From NCBI RefSeq assembly GCF_001194135.2, contig NC_068983.1:142840264-142904263 (forward strand): a DNA stretch of 64,000 bases, read 5' to 3'. Below, one piece after another: positions 13,440-27,450 of the stretch. The position numbers were made by a program, and so were the translations under genes. The stretch's first letter is position 1. Every line of letters begins with the position of its first letter. The notes beneath the pieces are model-generated. The model searched no databases. It was not told where the DNA came from and saw only the letters and a list, made by a program, of their open reading frames with translations. This DNA is from Octopus bimaculoides. Taxonomy: Eukaryota.

Positions 13440-14572
13440 CATCATAATTCATTCATCGAGAAAAAGAAAAACATTTTCCAATAATTCCGGTTTCCTCCCC
13501 ACCTTTTTTCCGAAGGTAAGAAAATAAGGGGTTTGCGGTACATTAAGCATCCGTAATGCATGCCGTTTAAAAGGTAATCGTAATCTATACTGTTTGAAAG
13601 GTATTTATATAAAATTTCATTTAAAAAACTCATTTTCCTAAAAATTGTAAGGGAAAAACATCGGATCTTGTGAATTTTCCGAAGGCCTCTCCCCCCACCA
13701 CGTTACTCTCAGCGCACTTTTGTTTTCAGATTCGTTTTCTACACCTTTTTTTTTTTTTACATCCGTTGCACTATTTTTTTTTTCGATTTCGCTTCCGGGT
13801 AATAATGTCAACATTAAACCAACAGTTCTAGTCCTTGTGGCTAATAAACATGAGATTTACTGATTTATTAATGTACTAGTCAAGTATTGAAGTCGACCTT
13901 ACCCTCCTGCCTCAAAAGACTGTTTGGCCTTGTGTCAATATTAGAAACATTACTCTTTTACTCTTTTACTTTTTTTCAGTCATTTGACTGCGGCCATACT
14001 GGAGCACCGCCTTTAGTCGAGAAAATCGAGGACTTATTCTTTGTAAGCCTAGTACTTATTCTATCGGTCTCTTTTGCCGAACCGCTAAGTTACGGGGACG
14101 TAAACACACCAGCATCGGTTGTCAGGCGATGTTGGGGGGGGGGACAAACACAGACACACAAACACACAAGCACACACATATATATATACATATACATATA
14201 CGACAGGCTTCCTTCAGTTTCCGTCTACCAAATCCACTCACAAGGCTTTGGTCGGTCCTAGATTAAAGTAGAAGACACTTGCCCAAGATGCCACGCAGTG
14301 GGACTGAACCCAGAACCATGTGGTTGGTGAGCGAGCTACTTACCACACAGCCACTCCTGCGCCTATTGTTATGACTATTGTTTTATTTTTTTCGATGATG
14401 TTACTTCTTCACGATTTAAAAAATAATAATTTCAGGATGATTCATCAATTAAACCAAATAGAAAAAAAAAAAAAATACTGAATATAATTATCTGCGGATA
14501 TGATGTTCACCATCTAGAAATTTAACCGTGGACTTAGCGTCTCGCCTGTCAACGTTACAATTCTACTTGCAG
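13440..14572 (+). promoter_or_regulatory. Putative promoter / non-coding first-exon region of the WSC gene
   Basis: CpG-retaining non-repeat sequence at 13440-13800 and 14520-14580, an ETS-type CTTCCGG motif near 13791, and candidate donors GAAG|GTAAGA (13515) and CCGG|GTAATA (~13798). No transcript evidence. Confidence 0.3.
13950..14364 (-). mobile_element. Full-length SINE (family with internal (CA)/(TA) microsatellite); further copies at ~36900-37300(-), 38545-38690(+), 52670-52925(+), 61380-61720(-), 35890-36090(-)
   Basis: tRNA-like head AGGCGCAGGAGTGGCTGTGTGGTAAG...GGTTCAGTCCC and tail GGTGCTCCAGTATGGCCGCAGTCAAATGACTGAAA. Multiple mutually similar copies in the window. Confidence 0.88.
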
Positions 14573-14578
14573 ACGATA

Positions 14579-14609
14579 ATGACTCACTACCAAGTTTTGT
14601 TAGCTACAG
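14579..14609 (+). CDS. WSC-domain gene, putative first coding exon (MTHYQVLLAT + phase 1)
   Basis: ATG at 14579 (gataATGa), open to a consensus donor CAG|GTAAGT at 14609/14610. CpG-containing context, with a possible acceptor ctacttgcag| at 14572. Joined to 31754 and 35059 it gives MTHYQVLLATAVYIQYVLVNS|EKRKQC, which looks like a signal peptide (V at -3, S at -1). The join is inferred from phase and signal-peptide fit only. Confidence 0.5.
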
Positions 14610-15709
14610 GTAAGTTTTATCTGTAACTACTTTTGATGAAAAATTTATACATTAAATATACCATTTAGAATTGAAAGACGCATCCAACTGATGCTCTGCA
14701 GCGGCCAAGAGTCAATTCAGTAGTTAAAAAACAAAGAGAAAAGGAAACAAAGCTTGTTATGTTAGCGTGCCATGTCGAGATGGGATACCTAACACTTCGA
14801 GAAGAACCATTGATCGAACTCTGTATAATTGTTGAATATTCCTGTAAAAAAAAAAAAGAAAGAAAGAAAATCCAGGCGATAACTATATTTTTGTTGATAT
14901 ATTCATGCATTAAAATAATAACCCCTATAAGACTAGTCCTGTTTACTTCACTTGAAAATTAATATTCATAATAATGATTTCAAATTTTGGCACAATGCTT
15001 GGACGTTTGAGAGAGGAGGCTAGTCGTTTACATCGATCCCAGTACTTGACTGGTACTTAATTTATCGATCCCAAAACGTTGAAAGGCAAAATCAACCTTG
15101 GCGGAATTTGAACTCAGAACGTAAAGACGGACGAAATGCCGCTAAGCATTTTGTTCGGCATGCTTAACGGTTCTGCCAGCTCGCCACCTTAGATAATGAT
15201 GATAAACTATCTTTGTTAAACCTCAGATCAGTTCTGATCCAGTAAACAGAAGTATTCCTGTCGATTCAATAGGATGTGACTGGAATGCTTTGTCTATCAG
15301 GTTGAATGATGTCAAATAGTCCTCTTCACTGACAAGAACTTGGTGAACTAATGTTTGGTAAAAGTGGACATAGGAAATCTTGAAGTGAAAGTGTTAATGT
15401 TGGCTCAAGAGATGTATGTATATGTAGACATTAGAATATTTGTTGTGGTAGTGGTGATGCTGTTGTTGCTAATGCAATAATTACTCCTAGGTATCATCTT
15501 CATTAACGTCTATTTTTCCATGCTTGCATGGATCAAACGGAATTTATTTGTGGAACATTTTCTACTGCCTGATATCCTTTCTGTTGCCAACCTTCACCTG
15601 TTTCCAAACAAGGTTAGATGTTCTCATGACCAGACATATTCTTGCAGAATATTGGAAATCAATCTTGTGTGACAGTGACTCTCATTTAAAACTCTCATGC
15701 ATGTCAACG

Positions 15710-15827
<118 letters not shown>

Positions 15828-18800
15828 GAACTCCTTTTAGTTTCTGCTTACCAAATCTACTTACAAGGCTTTGATCATCCCTGTGCAATCATATAAGGTG
15901 CCATACAGTGTGACCTAACCTAGAATCATGTAGTTGAGAAGCAAACTCTTTACCACACAGCCACATATGATTGACTAAATGATTTTTGATGGCATTGTCT
16001 TTGCATGGCAGCAGCTAAGTGACTGAAACAAGTAAAAGAATTATTATAAAACTGAATGAGAGTTGAAAAGCAACAGAGATTCAAAGTTATTCGTTGCTCC
16101 ATGCTAAAGATGACTACATTGCTATAAACATTGTAATGTAAGATGTAGGATACATGCTAAGGAAAAAAGATCTATGATTTGATGATTGAATATAACCTAT
16201 GATAGAAGTAACTCATAGATTCTTGTCTGGCAGTGGTCTTCCCTTGAGCAGATCCCTTGCAGGTGAACCTTCTCCAACACTATGCAACCTGGGATGGCCC
16301 CATACTCTCCCTTGCCATCATTAAGTATATTACTGGAATTTCAGCTACCATGACTAGATTTGGGATAAATACTGGAGTGGTTTCCTGTTACCTTCTCTAA
16401 AGCAGGTGGGATTTGAACTCAGAATGTACAGAACTGGAAGATATACCATAAAGCATTTCTGTCAATGTGCCAATAATTCTGTCACACACCTGCAGAACAA
16501 TGTGAAATAAAGTGTTTTGCTCAAGAACCATGACTATCATGTTCAGGAACTGAACCTGTGATCTAGTGATCATGAGTGCAACACTCTAACCATTAGGCTA
16601 CACACTTCCACAATTCCTGGATTATTTGGAAGTAAGTAGGTCAGACCCTAAAATGTTGGATATAGACCCACCAACTATGGTTCTTTACATATCCCTATGT
16701 CTCCCTCTCCAATGCTTCTACACCTTGCACATACTTTCTGTTCTGTTCTCTTTCCTGAGCCACTCCTATATTTCCCACCTCATTCCTTGTGCCCCCACAC
16801 TTGTTCATTACTCATTACATTAACCTCTACTTCTACCTGTTTACTTCCCCACACACTCTTATGAAAGATTCTACTCTCTCACCCCCCCCCCNNNNNNNNN
16901 NNNNNNNNNNNNNNNNCTGTTTATCCTCTATTATGTTCACCTTCTGGTTTCTTGAGAGTTTACTCTAGTACCCCATCGCTATCTTCTTTTTATCACCTTC
17001 AGCTATGTATCACTTCTATAGTGACATATCTGTTTGTCACTCTATCATAGTTTAGTCTTTCAACACCTGGCACAAAGCCATCCACCTCTATCCCCCACCC
17101 ATACTTCCTCCTAGTAGTGGTAGCTTTATCCTTTCCTTTTTCCTTGTTCTTTTCAATCTTGCAAGTTACATGGCAACCCTACAAGTGCTAGTGGCACATA
17201 AAACAGATCCAGTACACTCTGAAAAGGGATTGGCATTAGGAAGGGTATCCAGCTGTAAAAACAAGCCAGAGATGACGATGGAGCTGAAACTGGCCCTTTA
17301 GTTTGCTGGTTCCCTGTCAAACTGTCAAACCCATGTGAGCATGGAAAGTAGATGTTAAATAATGATGATATTATCCCTTATCTACCATATTATTCTACTG
17401 CTCATCACCCTTTCTATAATGTCAGTCATCATTTCCTCTGCATTAAGCCACTTCTATTGACATCCATCCCTCATTCTTATTACTGTCTCCACCACTAATA
17501 TTTATCATTGGATTTCCCAACTCCATCCTTGTTCACAATTCATTGCATTCTCGTCACCCACTATTTTTCATAATTTCTCACTCCTCTACACTCTTGCAAC
17601 AGTTTACCTACCCACCCTCGAACTTCTGTCACCATGCTCTCTTCTATTCACTTTGTACTTTGAGGGTACATTTTGACATCTTGTCATTACCAACTTTATA
17701 TCTTTTTTGGTTTCACCCCTTTTACTCCCACCTACCTTCATATAACCTATTCTTGTTCCTTAATCAGGCTTTAACCTCTCAACATCCTGCATAAAGTCAC
17801 CTCCCTCTCTGCTCCTGATTAGCTGATAGGGATCTTTTGTCTTGCAAGTTACATGATAATCACATTTATACTGCTGCTATGAAAAAGTGCCTAGTACAGT
17901 CAGTAAAGTGGTTGGTCTTAGGAAAAGGATCCAGCTGTAGAAACCATGTAGATATTTTATGGTATTGTTTAGGATGGTGCCTTACAATTCTGACAAATCG
18001 TCTTCTCTTTACTATCTAGGTTGATAAAATAATTACTTGTAATGGAACCAAGTCAATCCATTATCTTACCTCACCAATAGTAGCTATGTTACAGTAAGAA
18101 AGGAAAAGAAAAGCACTATTAAAAACCTCTCTCTCTTTTTCTCTCCCTTTCAACAATTTCTGTATGGAAGGGGGGTTTGTCATTTGAGTCATTTTCAATA
18201 CTTGTTGGTACTTATTTTATCAATTTTGTTGAGATAAAAACAAATTTAGTCCTATGAAATAAGATTTCAAAGCATCTAAAATCTAAAATCTAGTGCTCTC
18301 TGCTTTGCTCCAATTCAGTCATCTTAAATTTAAACTATAATTTATGGTTAGTTCCTTAAATGACAAGCCTTTTTTCACTTTATATGATGGCTTAATATTC
18401 ACCATAAGGTAGCTTGGGGTGTGACTTGGCACAGAAGATAGACATCTCAACTATAAATTATAATTAAAAAACGAAATGAACTGAAGGAAATATTTTAAAT
18501 AGACCAATAGCATGAATTTGGATAAATAATTTAAAGTATGATGTACTTAATGTTGTTGGATAGAAAAATTTCTTAATTGAAAATTCCATCTTGGAGAGAG
18601 GCCTTTATTAGCAACTCTCAAAGAGAAGGGAGATAATTTCGAAAATCTAATTTTTTTTCTCAAAGTTAATTTAAATGTCCAAAGGGAATCAGAGCTTTAT
18701 GTGCAAGCAAAAGACAACTATGGATATGTTTCATTCCATTAGATCTCATTGGCATAGTACATACAGAAAAAGTTATAATTTGTGGTCTGGAGTAATTTGC

Positions 18801-21209
18801 CCGATTAAAAAAAAAATAAAGTGAGCTAAGCAGAATAAAACAAACAAACTGATGCTTATTGGATGCTTTATGTAGAAATTTCCTAATTGTAATTCCAATT
18901 CATTCAGAATTTTAATCGAAATTCTTAAAAATTTATCAGTCTTTTACTGATTTCTATCATTGAATTAGAGCCACACTGGGGCACTGCTTTCCAGGGTATA
19001 GTCAATTATGTAAGCATTATAGTTTAATTGGTACTTATTAACCTTAGACTGAGGAAATACAAAATCAACAGCTGTAGGATTGAAACTCAAAACATAAAGA
19101 GATATACCAAAATACTGCAAGGAAGTTATCTGGTGTTCTATTGAGCCCACTGCTATGCATGTGTTAGTAGACAAATTATCTAAACTTCACTTTTAAATAT
19201 TTTGATTTTCATGATCATTATCCACATTTTAATCTTTATTTTAACCATATTGGTATATGTTGGTTGGTTTTGTAGTATGGCATATCACCATGTGTCTCAA
19301 TCCTGTGTCATCTTGTATCACAAGCAAATCTGGTAGCTTTAAATCTGGCCTCATCACTTCTTCCATTGGTCTTCTTGGGTTTTCATACACAGGCGACCTC
19401 TGCTGGCAAGCATGCAATCCTTCGCTAACAGTATGCATAGTTAATTCGCATTGCATATCTTCATTTGCGTAATCTCGTACAAAAATTGGTTAATACCTTT
19501 GCTACCCAGCCATTCATGAACTTACCCTCCATACAAGTTAATGTTACACATCTAATTGATCATTTTCACATTCAGTGCTCATGTCATTACTTTGTAGCAC
19601 CACTCTCTATACATACTTCAAATAACCTATCTTTTGTATGTAAAGTGAAACACTTGTTAACACAGTAACAGTTCCCTAGCCTCAGTTTTTCCTTCTAACT
19701 TTAGCTTTTGATACTTTCACTATAACCTATACTTAAATAATTAACTACATCTAATTAGCAATTCAAGCCACTCATGTGTGCTTCTGCTACTAACTAAACA
19801 TGTCATCTATAACATCTGAAGTTTAGCTCCACTGTTAATTTGTTGATCCCATTGCAGTTCCTGTGTGCTGAGTGTTTACTCTGATTACAAAGCAAAGAGT
19901 TTCTATTTACTCCCTTTTTACATATCAAAGAAGACTGCTTCCTAGATGGTGTAGGAATTTGTAATTTCTGTTACTAATTAAGTCTTTGCTATGTTGACCT
20001 TTATATCTACTCACATAAAAATTAAGCAATAATGCATTTAAAAACAATAGCATTTTTTTGTTTGTAATACAAATTTTATGACCTTACTAACTGTGAAGGC
20101 ATATGACTTAGTGGGTTAGGGTGTTAGGTCCATGATCAGAGGTCATTTGTTTGATTCCTGGTGGCATGCTGTGTACTTGAGCAAAGCACATAATTTCATG
20201 TTGTTCTAGTCTAGTTAGCTGAAATGAATACCAGTTGAGTGTTGGTGCAGCCCTCTCTTCCTCCAGCTGTCAAATCCCGGATATTCTGGTGAATCAAGGA
20301 ACAGGAAGGCCAAGAAAACGTCTATGTCTGCTTGCAATGACATAGGTACCGAAAACAATTAGTGAAAGTATGGTGCATACTACCAAATTATACTTGTTTG
20401 TGAGTGATGGCTGTAGTAGTTCTACCTGTAGCAGAGAAATCATGTAGTTTAATCTGCATTAGCAGGCATTCTAAATCATTATTTTTGAGATTTGAAAATA
20501 TATTTTTATTTTACACATAAAATTTCAACCCATTCTTACATGGAGAAATAGGTGTCAGTATTTTGGTGTTGATTAAAAATGACAAATGGATGATGAAACA
20601 ATTCTCAATTATTAGTAAATTAAATTATATTTTAAAGAAATATTNNNNNNNNNNNNNNNNNNNNNNNNNNNNNNNNNNNNNNNNNNNNNNNNNNNNNNNN
20701 NNNNNNNNNNNNNNNNNNNNNNNNNNNNNNNNNNNNNNNNNNNNNNNNNNNNNNNNNNNNNNNNNNNNNNNNNNNNNNNNNNNNNNNNNNNNNNNNNNNN
20801 NNNNNNNNNNNNNNNNNNNNNNNNNNNNNNNNNNNNNNNNNNNNNNNNNNNNNNNNNNNNNNNNNNNNNNNNNNNNNNNNNNNNNNNNNNNNNNNNNNNN
20901 NNNNNNNNNNNNNNNNNNNNNNNNNNNNNNNNNNNNNNNNNNNNNNNNNNNNNNNNNNNNNNNNNNNNNNNNNNNNNNNNNNNNNNNNNNNNNNNNNNNN
21001 NNNNNNNNNNNNNNNNNNNNNNNNNNNNNNNNNNNNNNNNNNNNNNNNNNNNNNNNNNNNNNNNNNNNNNNNNNNNNNNNNNNNNNNNNNNNNNNNNNNN
21101 NNNNNNNNNNNNNNNNNNNNNNNNNNNNNNNNNNNNNNNNNNNNNNNNNNNNNNNNNNNNNNNNNNNNNNNNNNNNNNNNNNNNNNNNTATATATACACA
21201 CACACACAT

Positions 21210-21299
<90 letters not shown>

Positions 21300-22039
21300 T
21301 TTTGCATTATTTATTAATTTGTTATAAGCCCCTTTTATTTGTTATAGTGCTCTTTTATTTAACAGAAATTACTAGCAGTTATTAAAATGGACATTTATAT
21401 AAGCCTTCTACCTCAACAATGTAGATTTATTGGTTGTTAATATCTACTTTTGGATTTAAGTAAATTAGATAAATGTGTTTGAATACATATATAGTCATTG
21501 ATGAATAGCTAAAAACTTCCTCTAGCTATATAATAAAGTCTTAAATGTAAATGTATTTCCTTAAAATACTTAGAATTAGTAGCAAATATAACTAACCAGG
21601 AACTGGAATTAAATGCATGAGACTAGAAAGCTTATTATTATGAGTTTACTTTTACTTTTCCCTTTTTTGAACATAAATCTTGTCTATGACTTGAGAAAAA
21701 AACGATTAATTTCTTTCAATTTATAGCTTTAATTTTTCTGACATGTCTGCAATTGAGATTTTATCATCTAACATTGTAATAACTTTTTCAGAATTTTAAT
21801 TAAAATTGACTCCCATAGTTTTATTTTTAGATGTATAATATAATAAGTTATAAAAATCTTTGTTTTATAATCCTATCAACAGAATAGCTGAAAAAGTTTA
21901 AACATCTAATTATAGAATTGAATTGTTTTCCATTGTCTTCAGGAGGTTTTAATTTCAAATATTTCATTTTTATATGCCTATTACTGTAGAATATGAATTT
22001 CAATATTATATGGAAATATCGAACCAAATTCAACGACTC

Positions 22040-22585
22040 TCATGCCAACCTTTCCTTCATTGGACACTAAACTCTGCTTGCGAAGGGCAAGTGAAATCAA
22101 AATTGTAATTGAACCAAATTCGATGACTGGCACCCATGTCAGTGGAGCGCTAACAGCACCGTCCGAGCATGATCATTGCCAGAGCAGCTGTCTGGCTTCC
22201 GTGCCAGTGGCACGTAAATAGCACTATTTGAGCATGTTCGTTACCAGCGTTGTCTTACTGGCACTTGTGCCGGTGGCACATGAACAAAACATTCGAGTGA
22301 GGTCATTGCCAATGCCACTGGACTGGCTCATGTACAGGTGGCATGTAAGAAACACCATTTGAGCGTGGTCATTGTCAGTACTGCCTGACTGGCCCTCGTG
22401 CTGGTGGCACGTAAAAGCACTCACTACACTCTTGGAATGATTGGCATTAGGAAGGGCATCCAGCTGTAGAAACTCTGCCAGATCAGATTGGAGCCTGGTG
22501 CAGCCATCTGGTTTGCCAGTCCTCAATCAAATTGTCCAACCCATGCTAGCATGGAAAGCGGACGTTAAACGATGATGATGATGAA
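22040..22585 (+). mobile_element. RTE LINE 3' UTR fragment
   Basis: Matches 63830-64000, has internal repeats of GTGGCACGTAAA and ends GGACGTTAAACGATGATGATG. An inverted copy of the tail lies at ~30440-30620. Confidence 0.85.
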
Positions 22586-23599
22586 GAGCTATTCTTATAT
22601 AAAAATTCTATAGAAGCATGTGCAGAGAATGTTTACCTTTGTCAGCAACATACAGTCACTGTATGTTAAGATCATATTCTAAATCTTAACATAAATACAC
22701 ATTTAAGAATAATTTATACCAATACTGAAGATAAGCAAATATGATTCAGCTACAAGAGAAATTAAAGAGAGTTTTAGTGGGTCTTAAATTAAGTACATTA
22801 TAAGTGACTTCAAGCAAAGAAAATTAGGAATTCCAGTAGTGCTAATTAATTCATAGTGTACTGCACAACATTTTTAGGTAATTTGAAATATAGAGTATGT
22901 ATTTTACTAATATATACAGCTAAGTAATACATTGTTTACACAATAAATAGCTATATTCTACTAATCTGTCTGTGGGCATACTTGGATATTCTTTCTCTGA
23001 TCACGATCTATAAAGACTAGAAACTAGTCAGATGGATTCCCTGGAGTGATAAAAGCTGTAGTGTAATCACTTAGCTTTTTACAGTTTGGTTAAAATTGCA
23101 TATGTATTAAAAAAAAAGATAAAGCTTTCATTTTAAATTTTCTATATCTCTAAAAGTAAAAAGAGAGCTCATTCTGTTTCATTTTGCCAGTCTTATAAGT
23201 ACTTGTGTAGCCCATGGGCACAGCCCATACCTTTCCTCAAACAAAAAACAAAAAAATTCAACATTGCTCTAATTCAGATTTAGATTTTACCTAAAGTTCT
23301 AAACAGAATCAGTAATTTTATTGTTTCTTCTCTATAATGAAATACTCAATAATACTATTTTCAAAAGTATGAAAAACAACATAAATATTCCCTACTTCTC
23401 CATCTGCATTAAATTGTCAGATGACCTTTTCTACTACAATTATAGCGCATATATTATGAAGATCATTTTGAGAAAATTGTGTTGCATTTGAATACAGTGT
23501 TATTTCAGCTCTTACTTTCCAATACTGTATAAGTGCCATGGAATGCTGACTATATATTTGCTAGCTTCATTTACTCCATGAGACATCATCATCACTTTA

Positions 23600-24290
23600 T
23601 GTTCTCTTTTCTATACTTGCATAGATGGGTCTTCTCTAGCTGAGTATTTTACTACTTGTTGTAATCCTTTCTCATCTTTGTGAGGTTCACTCTCCGGAAA
23701 TAAGTTTTCATAACTTCTTCCCATATCTTTGTTAGGTTTCCTTTTTTGCATGATTCTTCCACTTGTATTGCTTGACAGTTCTTTAGTTAACTTTCAACTT
23801 CAATACACATCACATGTTTGTACAAGCATAGCATACTACAGCTGGTTCCTCATACATCTTACATTCTCTTACATCCAATTTTTTTCTCAGCTCATTTGTG
23901 CACTGTTGTTCTTTGTCCACTATTGTACCTTGAAGGTATACCTTCACCATCTCTTTTTTTTCAGCTGGGGTAGCCATGTATCTCTTCAGCTAGACCTGCT
24001 CCTGTTTCTCTCTATTATACTTTTACCTGTTCCAATACTACACCTCTACTCAATTGAAGGGTTTTATCTTACAAGTTACTTGGTAACCTCACTAGTGCTG
24101 GTGCCATGAACACAGCACTCAGTACACTCTGTAAAGTAGTTAATGTTAGAAAGGACATCCAGCATAGAAACTATGCCAAAGCAGACATTTGGGGTTCAGC
24201 ACATTCTTTTAGTTCAATGGTTTCTGTTGAATTGTCCAACTCATGCCAGCATGGAAAGCAGATGTTAAATGATGTTGCTGCTGATGAATG
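23600..24290. mobile_element. Old RTE remnant (minus) followed by an RTE-tail fragment (plus)
   Basis: Minus-strand translation resembles the RTE C-terminus (IQVEESCKKGNLTKIWEEVMK). The plus tail ends GATGTTAAATGATG. Confidence 0.55.
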
Positions 24291-26569
24291 TATATAAAAT
24301 CAAACCTAGACAATTTGCAATGCATATGTTCATGTTGGTGACTTCTCATAGCCATCAGCAAATGTTGAGATCTGTGCTTGATGAATGAAGCCTCCAGAAT
24401 TAAATGGCTATGAAATGTGGCAATTAACAAATGGAACAAAGTGGACATTTTCCTCTTTTTGATCAGCTTATAAATTCTAAATTATGCCAATCAAATTTTT
24501 TATACATTGAGGGATTGCTTAAATGAAAACTTGCACTAATCAAGGGATACCAGTGTATAAACTAAAGTTTATATACTTACTGAATTTTCACTGATCCGGG
24601 TCTTGAGAATATGAATTGCTGAATTAGGCATTATCTATGAACACTTTCTCTTTCTTAATCTGTATAAGACAAGTTTAAGACTAACAAAAAATAAAATATA
24701 ATTATCTGGTTTAAGTCAGATATGTCACATTCTGTGTTATTAATAAAACGGAGTATCACAAAATCTATATCTGGTTATAAAATCTAAATTTTTCAGCCTC
24801 AGTTTTTTTTTTCTATCATATTACTTTATCTATTCATTTAGCATTCTTGATTTCTCTTTTCAAATTAATTTTTAAAAATTTCTTTATAGTAAAGCCAGTT
24901 GTCAGTACTGCATAATCTCTTTATTTTTATTTGTCATTCTTCCTATCTATTAATTTATCTGTCTTGTTTGTCTGTATATCTGTATGTTTTAGTTAATCAT
25001 CTCTCTTATCTTTTACCTATTTGATTGTCTAATTGCATTAATTTGGAATATAATATCTTGGTTAGAACCACTCAAATATAGATTGTTCAAGTTGTTAAAA
25101 ATTTGTAAGAAATAGTAAATTTTTTGTATTTTAGTTATATTTCCTCTAATTTGACCAGTACCATTATACTTCCCCTGTTTAGTATTATGAAGCTCAACTA
25201 TTATCACGAAAAGTGCTTTCTTAATTTTGAGACAATATTATGTTGTTATTTTTTAAATTTGCTTACATTCACAGTACACTTTACAGATAGTAAAGTGAGA
25301 GAAACAGTTGATTACTAAGCTATATACCTTGAAGTATTTAGTTCCATTCTTCTTCATTCTGAGTTCAAATCCTGTTACCTTTAGTCTCATTAGTCAATAA
25401 AATACATACCAATTCAAGTGACTAAATATTTTGCCTGCAAATCTTTGATCTTGTGCTAATATAAGAAACCTTTATTCTAATTGAACTTTCTCAAAGTAAC
25501 TTTTTTTATATTTCAACCGTTGCAGTCACAAAGTCAACAAATGGAACTAACTTATATTTGCATAGTTTATTTATGGAAAGTTACTGTTTGTAGCATGTTT
25601 GCATGTATTATAAACCAGTTTTAGAACAATTGTGTTTCTATCCAACTCAACAATTTTTGTTACTCTGTGTAATTGGACAGTTAAAATCAGTTGAATTGGT
25701 TATAAATTTATTCTTATTTAGTAAATTTCTTGACTTCTTGTATCTTTTGGTAAGCCTAGTATACTCTTAATCTTTTCTATTCTTTACTTTTGCTTGAAAA
25801 TGATATTTTGATTGTATAATAATGTTTTAATTATACATGATTTAAATTTTACTTTATTTGATATATATAGTAGCTATGTGAACATTTCCCTTTATCATAT
25901 TCATAGTTTTTAACTTCCAGTAACTTATTCCTGTATATGTGAAGAAAGTTTGATCATTCAAAGTTTGGTACACTTTCCACTTCAACAATTACAGAGATAA
26001 GAGTGAAAAGTCTGTTAAACGTAGCCTGTGTAGTGACAATTTAGGATTCAGAACATGTATAGGGTTTCCAGTTAGATTTTGCTGAAACAATTACTGATCT
26101 GAAATATCACTTATCGTCTGTTGGGGTATAACATTTGTCTTTCAAATAACAGCTTTCTTTCCACCAGGTTCTATGCTTATCACTTTCACTCATGTTTCTT
26201 TCACTTTTTCCTGTTTTATAATTCTATGCATCTTCAATTATGATCCTTTGCTTCTTTTGTTTTTTTTGGTTTTATGATGCTTCAGCATTCTTAGTGCTTC
26301 TTTTTCATATTATTTGGTATAAAATCTATTCATTATGGGTTTTATGCAAAGTTTAGGTTATAAATATTAGATATAGAAAGATTCTGTTAAAAAGTTTTAT
26401 ATTAAGAATAATGCAACTGAAATTTAAGTGTAATATAGCAGGGATTTGCATTGATTGAGCAATTAAAATCCAGTTAAATTACTGGTGTTTATACGATTAA
26501 CTGGTATTTATCAATGCCAAAGTGATGAAAACAATTGACACAAAAAAAAAACAAAACACTTTTTTGCTT

Positions 26570-27450
26570 TATCATTTTCATTTCAAATTTTTTCCATAGA
26601 AAATTACATATAATTTGAAAGCTTTGGATGTGAACTTTCTTCTCATAGTTTTAATTAAAATCTGACAGTTACAAGTTATGTCAGGGTCCCTCAAACACTC
26701 TGGTATTCTTTTTTGTCTGCTGAACATTAATTAGCCCTTGTTCTAATTCAATGCATTTGAGCACCTTAACTTGTGTGTTAAAAATTGGATATGCATGTAG
26801 ATGACTATTTTAGCTTTATTTTGATATAAAACTTGATGAGAGTAGGTCAGATAATTGTTATGAAATATAAAAGTGAAAATTTTATTGCTAATTTTCACTT
26901 AGAAAATGACATAATTTCTTTACCTATAAGAAAGAAAAATCTCTTCCTAAATCATCATGGACATTGCTGATTCTGGCCATGGTATGGCAAAAAAGCACAA
27001 AGTGAAAAAAGTGGGTGGTATACTGATGTTTTTTGTATACAATTAATACATATTGATGCTACTTGTCAAAGTGATGGATTCCCATTCTGCGAGAAGTCAA
27101 GATGAAGTCAAGTAAGTGCTGATTTTCACTTTTATATTTCATAATGATTATGTAATCTACCACCATTGAGATTTATATCAAAATAAATTTTAAAAATTCA
27201 TTTACATGCGTGTATGGATTATTAACACAACTTCAGTTATAGTGATCAAGCACATTGAACTAGATTGATGACTACTGTTCAGCAGTCAAACTTTATGAAT
27301 GGGTGGAAATATCAGGGTGTTTGAGGGACCCTGACATCTTAGCTACTTGTCAGATTTTGATTAAAAGTATATGAGAACAAAGTTCATATCCAGAACTTTC
27401 AAATGATTTATAATTTTCCAAGGAAAATAGGTATTTTGTCATGAAAATGA
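26570..27450. repeat. Long imperfect inverted repeat (arms ~26570-26880 and ~27121-27450, ~240-bp spacer)
   Basis: Colinear reverse-complement blocks, e.g. TGTCAGGGTCCCTCAAACAC / GTGTTTGAGGGACCCTGACA and ATGAAATATAAAAGTGAAAAT / ATTTTCACTTTTATATTTCAT. Confidence 0.85.

Noticed and set aside
15491-15672. Open frame in phase with exon 1, giving a 70-aa single-TM peptide (MTHYQVLLATGIIFINVYFSMLAWIKRN...)
   Set aside because: The reverse complement is a common retroposon tail (GGTTGGCAACAG...GTAGAAAAT...CATGCAAGCATGGAAAA..GACGTTAA), also seen at ~40400-40510. It is an antisense repeat, not a supported exon.
20262-20340. Exon-like segment with a strong acceptor (LSNPGYSGESRNRKAKK...)
   Set aside because: Weak donor (GTACCG), and another frame reads VNQGTGRPRKR, an RTE C-terminal remnant.
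22150-22430. CRISPR-like repeated motif GTGGCACGTAAA with spacers
   Set aside because: Degenerate internal repeats of the RTE 3' UTR in a eukaryotic genome. The units are imperfect and no cas genes are present.
23729-24109. 126-aa hydrophobic ORF, and similar F/I/L/Y-rich ORFs such as 28821-29123
   Set aside because: Antisense to LINE remnants or compositional artefacts, with no domain signature.
25013-26090. Short LRR-like phrases on the minus strand (LNNLYLSGSNQ; LTGNPIHVL)
   Set aside because: Isolated, separated by stops, and expected by chance in AT-rich DNA.
26931-27111. Apparent signal-anchor exon with an internal TAA (stop recoding by RNA editing) or TGA (selenocysteine) in another frame
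   Set aside because: It lies in the spacer of an old inverted-repeat element rather than in the paired stem. No SECIS or homology evidence, and a simpler N-terminal model exists.
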